Below are positions 12,443-24,309 of a stretch of 64,000 nucleotides of DNA, piece after piece. The stretch is taken from contig OZ024742.1 of assembly GCA_964016885.1 (NCBI GenBank), positions 47,554,001-47,618,000 of the forward strand, in the 5' to 3' direction. The notes beneath the pieces were generated by a model. It was not told the origin of the DNA, ran no database searches, and was given only the letters and a program-made list of their open reading frames with translations. The stretch is from Eledone cirrhosa. Its lineage: Eukaryota. A program made the translations under genes and the position numbers. Positions within the stretch are counted from its first letter, which is position 1. Each line of letters starts with the position of its first letter.

Positions 12443-14303
12443 GTGAAACAAAATCACTGGAAGCTGGAGAAGTTAACATTAATTGTGGAATTTTTCAGGG
12501 TGACTCTTTATCACCGCTTTTATTCTGCATCGCACTTATACCATTAAGTAAAATGCTCAATGAAACAAAACATGGATATAGAGTCTATGACAAAACCATT
12601 AATCACCTGTTCTACATGGATGACCTGAAACTATTTGCAAAAAATGATGAACAATTGCAAGGGCTATTATCCACTGTGAAGCAGTTCAGTGATGACATTA
12701 AAATGGAGTTTGGACTGGATAAATGCGCCAAAGCAACGTTCACCAGACGAAAGCTGCTGAAGAGTTCAGACATTAATCTTGATCGGGGGAACGTGATAAG
12801 AGAGCTTGATCAAGAACAAACTTACACATATCTAGGTGTTTGTGAAGGAGACGGAATCAAGCACTCGACAATGAGAGAAAGGATAAGGAAGGAATGTTAC
12901 CGCAGAGTCAGAGCAATCTTAAGAACGGAATTGAATGCAAGGAATATGATCGATGCCATAAACACGCTTGCCATACCAGTAGTAACCTACAGTTACAATG
13001 TCATCAACTGGTCAAGCACAGAGATCCGTAGGCTCGATACAAAAATCCGAAAATTCTTAACCATGCACAGAATGCATCACCCTAAGGCAGACATAGATAG
13101 AATATATCTCCCTAGGAAAGAAGGAGGACGTGGGTTAATCCAGTTAGACATTGCGTTGAAAACTGCAACAATTGGATTATCCACATATCTAAGGGAATCA
13201 CATGATTGGATGATCAAACTCGTTTTGAAACACGAAAGCACCAAAAGATCATATTCCATTACAAAAGATGCACAAAGATACAGTAATGGACTACAAATTT
13301 CAGAAGTCCCATTTACTGCTGAAATGGAAAACACAGAAAAAGCAAAGCAGGTAAAAGTAACTGCAAAGAAAGAACTGCTACAGAAACTGGCTAAGAAACG
13401 GCAAGAAAAGCCTCTGTATGGAAAATACCCAGAGCGAGCTAACAATCCTGATGTTGACAAAACTTTAACCCATCAGTGGTTGGCATCCTCTGGACTGAAA
13501 TCGGAGACTGAAGGACTGATTATATCGGCACAAGATCAGTGTCTGCCAACAAAAAATTACCAAGCCAACATAATAAAAAATGGGTGCAGCCCATTATGCC
13601 GTGTATGCAAAAAACAACCAGAGACCATTGACCATATAATTTCAATGTGCAGTCCTATAGCTCCAACCGAATACCTAAACAGGCATGACAGAGCTGCACA
13701 ATACATACATTGGATAATGTGCAAGCATTTTGACCTGCCCCATCAAAAGAATTGGTGGGAGCATCAACCACCTCCCATACTTGAAAAAGATCACATCTCA
13801 ATCTTGTGGAACTTTAGCATCCAAACAGACCGAAAAATAGATGCAAATAGACCTGATATAATATTGAAGGACTTTCAAAGGAGGGTATGCCTGCTAATTG
13901 ATATGTCTGTTCCAATAGACAAGAATGTATCTATAAAAACATTTGAAAAATTGAGCAAGTATAAGGACCTGGAGATAGAAATTGGAAAAATGTGGAAATT
14001 GAGAACTAGAACAATACCAGTGGTTGTAGGCGCTCTGGGAATGATACCTAAGGGGTCTAACGACTACTTATCGCAAATCCCAGGAAACCCGCGTATAGGA
14101 GAAATACAAAAGATAGTACTAATGGGAACTGCCCATATACTAAGGAAGATCCTGTCAATATAAGTACATCACAAGTCTAAACACTAAGGATGCATGTGTG
14201 AATATGTGTGTTCTTTCTTGAACATGGCGGACCTTGTTGTCTGTTGAGGTCACTGGTTGTGACTTGGTGATAACTCGTATAAACATAAAGCAAGATAAAT
14301 GCA
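12439..14303 (+). mobile_element. R4/Dong-like family B, 5'-truncated
   Basis: RT motifs IFQGDSLSPLL and FYMDDLKLF, CCHC CRVCKKQPETIDHIISMC, RLE motif NRPDIIL..LIDMSVP..EKLSKYKDL. Flanked by (AAT)n. Confidence 0.92.
12553..14163 (+). CDS. C-terminal RT plus zinc knuckle plus restriction-like endonuclease (truncated, open frame)
   Basis: 536-aa ORF with YMDD, CCHC and PD-(D/E)xK-type motifs. Confidence 0.85.
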   Translation: MLNETKHGYRVYDKTINHLFYMDDLKLFAKNDEQLQGLLSTVKQFSDDIKMEFGLDKCAKATFTRRKLLKSSDINLDRGNVIRELDQEQTYTYLGVCEGDGIKHSTMRERIRKECYRRVRAILRTELNARNMIDAINTLAIPVVTYSYNVINWSSTEIRRLDTKIRKFLTMHRMHHPKADIDRIYLPRKEGGRGLIQLDIALKTATIGLSTYLRESHDWMIKLVLKHESTKRSYSITKDAQRYSNGLQISEVPFTAEMENTEKAKQVKVTAKKELLQKLAKKRQEKPLYGKYPERANNPDVDKTLTHQWLASSGLKSETEGLIISAQDQCLPTKNYQANIIKNGCSPLCRVCKKQPETIDHIISMCSPIAPTEYLNRHDRAAQYIHWIMCKHFDLPHQKNWWEHQPPPILEKDHISILWNFSIQTDRKIDANRPDIILKDFQRRVCLLIDMSVPIDKNVSIKTFEKLSKYKDLEIEIGKMWKLRTRTIPVVVGALGMIPKGSNDYLSQIPGNPRIGEIQKIVLMGTAHILRKILSI

Positions 14304-14345
<42 letters not shown>

Positions 14346-14346
<1 letters not shown>

Positions 14347-14593
14347 GGAACTGCCATGAAGTCAAAGTGATCCCGATTGTCATAGGCGCACTGGGGACTA
14401 TCTCCAAAAGTTTCCAGGGATGGTTAAAGAAAATCGGCCCCTTCACGCTTTTTGGAACGCTTCAAAAGGCATGCTTGCTTGGAACAGCAAGAACCCTCCG
14501 ATACGTCCTGAATATCTGAGGCTGCAGGTAGTGGCTTGATATTCATTCCAACGGACTTTCCAGTTAACCAACATCAATGACTGAGATTCAAGG
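14346..14593 (+). mobile_element. R4/Dong-like family A, short 3' fragment
   Basis: Matches the family A 3' end. Bounded by (AAT)n. Confidence 0.9.
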
Positions 14594-14605
14594 AATAACA
14601 ACAAC

Positions 14606-14634
<29 letters not shown>

Positions 14635-14636
<2 letters not shown>

Positions 14637-16455
14637 GATAGACTACAAAAAGGCATTTGACATGGTGCCTCATTCTTGGATCACCAAAAGCCTGGAGATC
14701 TTCAAGGTGGCAGATAACATCTGGCAGTTGTTGGGCAAAAGTATGAAGTCCTGGGAAACAGAGTTAACATCAACTGGAGAATCCTTGGGAAGCGTGAAGA
14801 TCAAGAGAGGTATCTTCCAGGGAGATAGTCTGTCCCCTCTGTTGTTTGTCCAGGCCCTGATACCCCTGACCAGTGTACTGCGAAAAGTGAGAGCAGGATA
14901 CAGGTTGGGAAAGGGAGGGCTTGCCATCAATCACCTCCTCTTCATGGACGCTTTTAAGCTCTTCAGGAAGAGTGAGAAGGAGTTGGATGTGCTTGTTGAC
15001 ACTGTCCGTATTTTCAGCAATGATATATGTATGCAGTTTGGTATTAGTAAGTGTGGAGTCATTGTGATGAGGAGGGGTAAGTTGAGCAGATGTAAAGCAA
15101 TCCAGATACCAACAGGTGAGATGATAAAGGAAATTGACTCTGAAGAAGGATACAAGTATTTGGGCGTTCTGGAGGCTGATGACATCAAGAACAAAAAAAT
15201 GAAGGAATTAATAAGAACTGAATAACTTCGGACAGTAAGGAGCGTATTAAAGTCACATCTGAACAGTAGGAATGCCATAAGTGCAGTAAATTCCCGAGCT
15301 GTGTCTTTTATTAGGTACAGTGCGGGAATTCTGAGATGGAATGTTGCTGAACAAAAAGAAATGGATAGGAAGACTAGGAAGCTATTGACTATCTACAATA
15401 TGTTCCACAAGAGGATAGGATGTCGATAGACTCTACTTAAGGAGATCTGAGGGTGGAAGCGGTCTTATCAGCATAGAAGACTGTGTTCAGATGGAGAAAA
15501 ACAACCTACACAAATACGTGACTGATAGTAAGGAGCCAATGCTCAGAGCTGTACTGAAGGAGGGGACAACAGGCCAGGGGATGTCCAAGGAGGAAATAAC
15601 ATCAAGGAGAAAGAGCAGCCTTCAGGAAACATCCCTTCATAGTACCTTCTTTGAGAAAACTGAATTTAGAGATCCACAGACATGGAACTGGTTGAAAAGA
15701 GGAGACCTTAAAAAGGCTACAGAAGGAATGTTGATGGCTGCGCAGGAGCAGGCCCTCAAAACGAAGTGGTTGAAACACCACATTTACAAGGAGGAGACTA
15801 GCCCACTGTGCAGAATCTGTGGAGAGAGAGAACAGACTGTGGCTCACATTGTATCCGAGTGTAAACACCTAGCCCAGACTCACTATAAGGGCTGGAGACA
15901 TGTAGTGATGGGCAGGGTGATCCACTGGCACCTATGCAAAGTAAACAATTTACCACATTCTGAGAAGTGGTATGAGCATAAGCCAGAGGTGGTGATGGAG
16001 AACAATCAGGTGAAGGTGCTGTGGGATTTTAGGATACAGACGGACAAGAAACTGGAACACAATAGACCTGATCTTGTGGTTTTGGACAAAGAAAAAAGAT
16101 CGTGCCTGATTGTGGATGTGGCCTGCCCATTCGACACGAGAGTGCAAGAGAAGGAGAGGGAGAAAATTAACCGATACCAGGACTTAAAGTGGGAGGTAAA
16201 AAGGATTTGGAACTGCCATGATGTCAAAGTGATCCCGATTGTCATAGGCGAACTCGGGACTATCTCAAAAAGTTTCCAGGGATGGTTAAAGAAAATTAGC
16301 CCCTTCACGCTTTTTGGAACGCTTCAAAAGGTATGCTTGCTGGGAACAGCAAGAACCCTCCGATACGTCCTGAATATCTGAGGCTCCAGGTAGTGGCTTG
16401 ATATTCATCTCAACACACTTTCCAGTTAACTAACATCAATGACTGAGACTCAAAG
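14635..16455 (+). pseudogene. R4/Dong-like family A, 5'-truncated and disrupted
   Basis: RT catalytic motif mutated (FMDAF), stop at 15225, frameshift near 15415. The RLE part is open (15491-16381). Confidence 0.9.
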
Positions 16456-16481
16456 AGCAATAACAATAATAATAATAATAA

Positions 16482-16512
<31 letters not shown>

Positions 16513-16689
16513 AAGAAGAATAAGGGAAGAAGACGCACGAGGTGACGGAGGTCATGAAATCGCTCCCGTAAGTTTTGAATTTTTAACATATTTAAATCAT
16601 TTGTGAAATAACAACTCTTAGTACAAATGCTACGTAAAGCACCCGGCTTGAGCCCCAAAAAAATTCGGACCCAAAATATATTGTTATAA

Positions 16690-17329
16690 GGCTCAAATAT
16701 TCAAATATTCAACTTTGTATTGTACACTGTATATCCCCCCAAAAAATGGCTATAAATGGAAGAAGAATAACCCCCCCCTCCTCTCCTCTGGCTACACTAT
16801 ATAGGACAGCTAAACTCACCAACACCAGAAACTAGATACACCACCCACCCCATCATCTGTGTACACTAAACACAACAGCATTTTCACCTTCACCGCCACC
16901 GCTCAATACGGCCATCATTACCACCACTATCCCATCACCGCCGCCACCACCCCTTGACTCCTTCACTGCTGCTGCCACCGCTACAGCACCATCACTACAG
17001 TAATACGGCTCAAATATTCAAATATTCAACTTTGTATTGTACACTGTATATCCAAAAAAAAAATAAAATGGCTATAAATGGAAGAAGAAGAACCCCCCCC
17101 TCCTCTCCTCTGGCTACACTATATAGGACAGCGAAACTCACCAACACCAGAAACTAGATACACCACCCACCCCATCATCTGTGTACACTAAACACAACAG
17201 CATTTTCACCTTCACCGCCACCGCTCACTACGGCCATCATTACCACCACTATCCCATCACCGCCGCCACCACCCCCTGACTCCTTCACTGCTGCTGCCAC
17301 CGCTACAGCACCATCACTACAGTAATACG
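16690..17329 (+). repeat. Tandem duplication, two units of ~317 bp
   Basis: gctcaaatattcaaatattcaactttg...cagtaatacgg occurs at ~16691 and ~17008. Confidence 0.9.
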
Positions 17330-17899
17330 GTCGCATCACCGCCACCACTGCCTCGGTATCGACATCACCACCACCACTGTCTCAGTATCGCCAACGCCGC
17401 CAGTCTCTGCTGGCTACCACTTCCACATTATAGAATTCCTACTACTAACAAAGAGGAAGGCATCAAAATATATAGATAGACTCAAAAGAAAAAAGAAAAA
17501 ACAAACAACAAAAGCAGCACAGCAACAACAGTAAAAAACGAGAAAAACAGAGAAAAACAAAAACAAAAAAAGAAACCCCAAAAACGTAAAGAAAATAAGA
17601 ATGAAGAGAGAAGCAGGCGGACGGACAGAGAAGAGGGGGGAAAAAGTAAAACTTAAAAAACAAAAACTAAGTCAGACATTCGAATACTACATTACAATGA
17701 AACTTATGCTTATTCATTTTTGGCGCCCTTTCTGCCCGTGTGTTTGTTTGTTTATGTGTGTCCGTATACAGCGTGGTGATAATGCCACACAAGGGCCAAG
17801 TGGGATGGCGGATCCACAGATGGCTATGTAAACATACATTCGCCAATCCTCGATAAGAGTGTTTAAATAGCGAACATAAACAGTTCGAATAACGGTGAA

Positions 17900-20800
17900 A
17901 TGGAGACTAGAACGTCATGTGACAGACTCTCACCCAACAGGTGCCCCCTGGCTCAGCAGCAGGAACCTGACTGTCAACCAAATACTGCTGATGTTGGAGG
18001 AAGAAGAAGAAGGAAAGGGGCCAGAACCAACTGGACGAAAGAATTGAATAGAACTGTTATGCAATGCTACCTGAAAAGTAACCCCAAGGAGAGGGGCTAC
18101 AGGAGACGGATGCATAACATCTGGAACGAGATTGGTTTATTTAAATTAGATGAACAAAAATTGGCCGGGCAGGCTCGGGTAATAAGAACTAATGGGTGGA
18201 TAAGCGAGCTGGAACTGGAGGAACTGAGCAGAGAGAATGGCTTGGAGATGGCGGGTGTAGTATGCCAGACAAGCGAGCCGGCGGGAAATGAAGGTGAGGA
18301 GGTCCTGAGAACGGAGGAACCACCCGAAGCAGACAATGATCTGAATACTGAGATAAATAATACCTGGAACAGAGATACGGCCACTGAGGAGATGAATGCT
18401 GACGGGCTAGGACAAGATTCGGTTGACATCCTAAATTTAGTGGTAGATGAGTTGAACAATGATAGTGGGAGACCTATGAACCTGAGATTTGTAGACAGGA
18501 AAAAGTTAAAAGAAACAACAGCTAAGGTAAACAAAGTCATCCCATACCTTGAGGCGAGGAGTCTTCACCAGTGCAACAATATCCTCAAAGCAACAGCAAA
18601 TACGGTGAGGAAACTACTTGGTATAAAAGCGAGAGGAAACAACAGACAAGAAAGAGCAGAGCCGTGGTGGAAGAAGCAACTGAGTGGGCAAATCGGGGAA
18701 ATGAGAAATGACATAGGAAAGCTTGAGTCACTACTGAATGGGACACTAAAAAACATAGGCACTAAAAATAGACTGGAAATAAAATACAAAACTAGGAGGA
18801 AAAAGCTAAATATTATCATAGAGGAATTGAAGCAACGCATTGTAGCAAAGAGTGCCAAAATCAGGCGATACGAGAACAGAGTCAGTCAGTATAAACAGAA
18901 CCGCATGTTCGACAACAACCAGAAGATGCTGTTTGGACAGCTTGAGGGGAAAGAAAGAGGCAACGACTTGATCCCTGGGGCGGAACAAGCTAAAACATTC
19001 TGGAGAGGAATATGGGAGCAGGATGTTAGACACAATGCCCAGGCAGGGTGGATTGAGACAGTACAGAGGGAGATCGGTGAGCAGGCACAGCAACAGACTG
19101 ATTTGAGTATCACAGTTGAAACTCTTAAGGGGCAAGCCAAAAAACTAACCAACTGGAAATCACCAGGCCCAGATGGTGTGCAGGGGTATTGGATTAAACA
19201 TTTAACATCCCTCCACCCGAAGCTGACGGCCATGTTCAATGACTGCTTGGTGTCGGGTGAGGTGCCAGAGTGGTTGACAAAAGGTACCACAGTTCTGATA
19301 ATGAAAGACCGAATCAAGGGTAATGATGTTACCAACTATAGACCTATCACATGTCTGCCCGTAATGTGGAAACTGTTGACGAGCATTGTGTCTGAGGAAA
19401 TCTACCATCACCTCCACACAAACAACTTGTTGCCGGACGAACAGAAAGGATGCCGAAAGAAGTCACGTGGTACAAAGGACCAGTTGCTTATTAATAAGAT
19501 GGTAATGGGGAATTGTAGGAGGAGACACACTGATCTTGCCATGGGATGGATAGACTACAGAAAGGCATTTGACATGGTGCCTCATTCCTGGAACACCAAA
19601 AGCCTGGAGATCTTCAGGGTGGCAGATAACATCAGACAGTTGCTGGGCAGGAGTATGGGGTCCTGGGAGACAGAGTTGACATCAACTGGAGTATCCTTGG
19701 GAAGCGTGAAGATCAAGAGAGGTATCTTCCAGGGAGATAGCCTGTCCCCTCTGTTGTTTGTCCTCGCCCTGATGCCCTTGACCATTATGCTGCGAAAAGT
19801 GAGAGCAGGATACAAGTTGGGAAGGGGAGAGCTTACCATCAATCACCTCCTCTTCATGGACGATCTTAAGCTCTTCGGGAAAAGTGAGAAGGAGTTGGAT
19901 GTGCTTGTTGACACTGTCCGTATTTTCAGCAGTGATATATGTATGCAGTTTGGTATTGGTAAATGTGGAGTCATTGTGATGAGGAGGGGTAGGTTGAGCA
20001 GAAGTAACGGGATCCAGATACCAACAGGTGAGATGATAAAGGAAATTGACTCTGAGGAAGGATACAAGTATTTGGGCGTTCTGGAGGCTGATGGCATAAA
20101 GAACAAAAAAATGAAGGAATTGTTAAGAACTGAATACATTCGGAGAGTAAGGAGCGTATTGAAGTCACATCTGAACAGCAGAAATGCCATAAGCGCAGTA
20201 AATTCCCGAGCTGTGTCTATTATTAGGTACAGTGCGGGAATTCTGAGATGGAATGTTGCTGAACAAAAAGAAATGGATAGGAAGACTAGGAAGCTATTGA
20301 CTATCTACAACATGTTCCACAAGAGGAGTGATGTCGATAGACTCTACCTAAGGAGATCTGAGGGTGGAAGAGGTCTTATCAGCATAGAGGACTGTGTTCA
20401 GATGGAGAAAAACAACCTATACAAATACGTGTCCTATAGTAAGGAGCCAATGCTCAGAGCTGTACTGAAGGAGGGGACAGTAGGCCAGGGGATACCCAAG
20501 GAGGAAATAACATCAAGGAGGAAGAGCAGCCTTAAGGGAAAATCCCTTCATAGTACCTTCTTTGAGAAAACTGAATTTAGAGATCCACAGACATGGAACT
20601 GGTTGAGAAGAGGAGACCTCAAAAAGGCTACAGAAGGAATGCTAATGGCTGCGCAGGAGCAGGCCCTCAAAACGAAGTGGTTGAAGCACCATATCTACAA
20701 GGAGGAGGCTAGCCCACTGTGCAGGATCTGTGGAGAGAGAGAGGAGACTGTGGCTCACATTGTGTCCGAGTGTAAACACCTAGCCCAGACCCACTATAAG

Positions 20801-21292
20801 GGCTGGAGACACGATGTGATGGGCAGGGTGATCCACTGGCACCTGTGCAAAGTAAACAATCTACCACATTCTGAGAAATGGTATGAGCATAGGCCAGAGG
20901 CGGTGATGGAGAACAGTCAGGTGAAGGTGCTGTGGGATTTTAGGATACAGACGGACAAAAAACTGGAACACAATAGACCTGACCTGGTGGTTGTGGACAA
21001 AGAAAAAAGATCGTGCCTGATTGTGGATGTGGCCTGCCCGTTCGACACGAGAGTGCAAGAGAAGGAGAGGGAGAAAATTAACCGATACCAGGACCTAAAG
21101 TGGGAGGTGAAAAGGATTTGGAACTGCCATGAAGTCAAAGTGATCCCGATTGTCATAGGCGCACTGGGGACTATCTCCAAAGGTTTCCAGGGATGGTTAA
21201 AGAAAATCGGCCCCTTCACGCTTTTTGGAACGCTTCAAAAGGCATGCTTGCTTGGAACGGCAAGAACCCTCCGATACGTCCTGAATATCTGA
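17900..21292 (+). CDS. Intact RT plus CCHC plus restriction-like endonuclease polyprotein (R4/Dong clade)
   Basis: KSPGPDG, YRPITCL, EQKGCRK, IDYRKAFD, IFQGDSLSPLLF, FMDDLKLF, CRICGEREETVAHIVSEC, RPDLVV..IVDVACP..EKINRY. Confidence 0.95.
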   Translation: METRTSCDRLSPNRCPLAQQQEPDCQPNTADVGGRRRRKGARTNWTKELNRTVMQCYLKSNPKERGYRRRMHNIWNEIGLFKLDEQKLAGQARVIRTNGWISELELEELSRENGLEMAGVVCQTSEPAGNEGEEVLRTEEPPEADNDLNTEINNTWNRDTATEEMNADGLGQDSVDILNLVVDELNNDSGRPMNLRFVDRKKLKETTAKVNKVIPYLEARSLHQCNNILKATANTVRKLLGIKARGNNRQERAEPWWKKQLSGQIGEMRNDIGKLESLLNGTLKNIGTKNRLEIKYKTRRKKLNIIIEELKQRIVAKSAKIRRYENRVSQYKQNRMFDNNQKMLFGQLEGKERGNDLIPGAEQAKTFWRGIWEQDVRHNAQAGWIETVQREIGEQAQQQTDLSITVETLKGQAKKLTNWKSPGPDGVQGYWIKHLTSLHPKLTAMFNDCLVSGEVPEWLTKGTTVLIMKDRIKGNDVTNYRPITCLPVMWKLLTSIVSEEIYHHLHTNNLLPDEQKGCRKKSRGTKDQLLINKMVMGNCRRRHTDLAMGWIDYRKAFDMVPHSWNTKSLEIFRVADNIRQLLGRSMGSWETELTSTGVSLGSVKIKRGIFQGDSLSPLLFVLALMPLTIMLRKVRAGYKLGRGELTINHLLFMDDLKLFGKSEKELDVLVDTVRIFSSDICMQFGIGKCGVIVMRRGRLSRSNGIQIPTGEMIKEIDSEEGYKYLGVLEADGIKNKKMKELLRTEYIRRVRSVLKSHLNSRNAISAVNSRAVSIIRYSAGILRWNVAEQKEMDRKTRKLLTIYNMFHKRSDVDRLYLRRSEGGRGLISIEDCVQMEKNNLYKYVSYSKEPMLRAVLKEGTVGQGIPKEEITSRRKSSLKGKSLHSTFFEKTEFRDPQTWNWLRRGDLKKATEGMLMAAQEQALKTKWLKHHIYKEEASPLCRICGEREETVAHIVSECKHLAQTHYKGWRHDVMGRVIHWHLCKVNNLPHSEKWYEHRPEAVMENSQVKVLWDFRIQTDKKLEHNRPDLVVVDKEKRSCLIVDVACPFDTRVQEKEREKINRYQDLKWEVKRIWNCHEVKVIPIVIGALGTISKGFQGWLKKIGPFTLFGTLQKACLLGTARTLRYVLNI

Positions 21293-21372
21293 GGCTGCAG
21301 GTAGTGGCTTGATATTCAATCCAACGGACTTTCCAGTTAACCAACATCAATGACTGAGATTCAAGGAATAAC

Positions 21373-21413
<41 letters not shown>

Positions 21414-21414
<1 letters not shown>

Positions 21415-24217
21415 CATCTCTATTATGCATCGGCTAAAGTCACCACTCACTTATGTGGAGTGAAAATGAAAAAACAAAGGAATTTCCACAAGTAATCTAC
21501 TTGGTAAAAGAACATCAATCGCCAAATAAACCTTCTACGATCTTACATAGACATTTTAACAAACTACAAAGTAGTTGAACATGTTAAACAAACTAAACTT
21601 AGAAAACTGAAAAGAAAATACAGTATAAAATCAACAAGTGACATAGACATGCTGATAGAAATAATCAAGCAAAAAGTTTTGGCCAAAGCTGCTCGTATAT
21701 GGCGGTTTGAAACACGGGCCGAAGAAAAAGTTCATAATATGGATAGAGAGACAAATGAAAGATACAGCTCACCTTGAGGATCAAATATGAGAAAATATAA
21801 CAGTTGAACAGTTGCGTTTGGCTCTTAGGAAAACCAGCAAACGGAAATTCCCAGGAAAAGATAAAATACCAAATTTTTGGATAAATGCCTTCACAGAGTC
21901 TCATGAGCTGTTAGCCCAACTTTACAATGAGATAGTTAAGGAGCCAGAAAAGATACTATAATGGCTAGTTAACGACATTACGTTCCTGCTTCCGAAGAAT
22001 GATGAGACAAACAATCCCCAAAATTACAGACCGATAACTTGCTTGACCACAATGTATAACGTTTTAACATCAATCCTAACTGAATATACATATGACCACC
22101 TGATAACAAATAACCTATTTCCCAATGAGCAGAAAGGGTGTAAACGAGGCTCATATGGCTGTAAGGATCAGCTTTTGGTTAACAAAATGATACTGAAAGA
22201 TTGTCATAATAGACACAAAAATCTATCAATTGCTTGGATGATTATAAAAAAGCATTCGATAGTTTGCCACACAGGTGGATTGATAAATATTTAGAGATTT
22301 TCAAAATATCTCCCGTTGTTAGGAGGTTCTTGTCATTCAGTATGAAGACATGGAAAACGACACTCCTTTTGAATAGTGAAAAGGAATCACTGGAAGCTGG
22401 AGAAGTTAATATTAATTGTGTATTTTTCAGGGTGACTCTTTATCACCGCTTTTATTCTGGATCGCGCTTATACCACTAAGCTCAATGAAACAAAACATGG
22501 ATATAAAGTCTATGACAAAAACATTAATCACTTGTTCTACATGGATGACCTGAAACTATTTGCAAAAAATAATGAACAATTGCAAGGGCTATTATCCACT
22601 GTGAAGCTGTTCTGTGATGACATTAAAATGGAGTTTGGACTAGATAAATGCCGCAAAGCAACGTTCACTAGAGGAAAGCTGCTGAAAATTTCAGACATTA
22701 ATCTTGATCGGGGCAATGTGATAAGAGAACTTGATCAAGAAGAAACTTGCAAATATCTAGGTGTTTGTGAAGGAGACGGAATCAAGCACTCGACAATGAG
22801 GGAAAGGATAAGGAAGGAATGTTACCGCAGATTAAGAGCAATCTTAAGAACGGAATTGAATGCAAGGAATAGGATCGATGCCATAAACATGCTTGCCATA
22901 CCAGTAGTAACCTACCGTTACAATGTCACCAACTGGTCAAGCACAGAGATCCGTATGCTCGATACAAAAATTAGAAAATTCTTAACCATGCACAGAATGC
23001 ATCACCCTAAGGCAGATACAGATAGAATATATCTCCCTAGGAAAGAAGGAGGACGTGGGTTAATCCAGTTAGATATTGCGTTGAAAACTGCAACAATTGG
23101 AGTATCTACATATCTAAGGGAATCACATGTTTGGATGATCAAACTCGTGTTGAAACACGAAAACATCATAATATCATACTCCATTACAAAATATGCACAA
23201 AGATAGAGTAATGGACTATACATTTCAGAAGTCCCATTTACTGCTGAAATGGAAAATACAGAAAAAGCAAAGCAGGTAAAAGTAACTGCAAAGAAAGAAC
23301 TGCTACAGAAACTGGCTAAGAAATGGCGAGAAAACCCTATGTATGGAAAATACCCAGAAAGACCTAACAATCCTGATGTTGACAAAACTTTAACCCATCA
23401 GTGGTTGACATCCTCTGGAGTGAAATCGGAGACTGAAGGACTGATTATATCAGCTCAAGACCAGTGTCTGCCAACAAAAAATTACCAAGCCAACATAATA
23501 AAAAATGGATGCAACCCATTATGCCGTGTATATAAAAAAACAACCAGACATCAATGTGCAGTCCTATAGCTCCAACCGAACACCTACACAGGCATGACAG
23601 AGCTGCACAATACATACATTGGATAATGTGTAAGCATTTTGACCTGCCCCATCATAAGAATTGGTGGGAGCATCAACAACCTCCCATACTTGAAACAGAT
23701 CACATCTCAATCTTGTGGAACTTTAGCATCCAAACAGACCGAAAAATAGATGCAAATAGACCTGATATAATACTGAAGGACTTTAAAAGGAGGGTATGCC
23801 TGCTAATTGATATGTCCGTTCCAATAGACAAGAATGTATCTATAAACACATTTGAAAAATTGAGCAAGTATAAGGACCTGGAGATAGAAATTGGAAAGAT
23901 GTGGAAATTGAGAACTAAAACAACACCAGTGGTTGTAGGCGCTCTAGGAATGATACCTAAGGGGTCTAATGATTAATTATCGCAAATCCCAGGAAACCTG
24001 CGTATATGAGAAATTACAAAAGATAGTACTAATGGGAACTGCCCATATACTAAGGAGGATTCTGTCAATATAAGTACATTACAAGTCTAAACACCTAAAG
24101 ATGCATGTGTGTGTATGTATATTCTTTCTTGAACATGGCGGACCTGGTTCTCTCTTGAGGTCACTGGTTGTAACTTGGTGATAACTCGTATGAACATAAA
24201 GCAAGATAAATGCAGCT

Positions 24218-24218
<1 letters not shown>
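21414..24218 (+). pseudogene. R4/Dong-like family B, longer but frameshifted copy
   Basis: ORF pieces at 22043-23976 align to 12553-14163 with the same 3' UTR. Flanked by (AAT)n. Confidence 0.9.
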
Positions 24219-24293
<75 letters not shown>

Positions 24294-24309
24294 TAATAAT
24301 TATTATTAA

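Larger units (their letters stand above)
16522..21366 (+). mobile_element. R4/Dong-like family A, apparently full length
   Basis: Starts after (AAT)n(AAG)n, has a long leader, a single 1130-aa ORF and a short 3' UTR, then (AAT)n. The exact 5' end is inferred. Confidence 0.88.
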
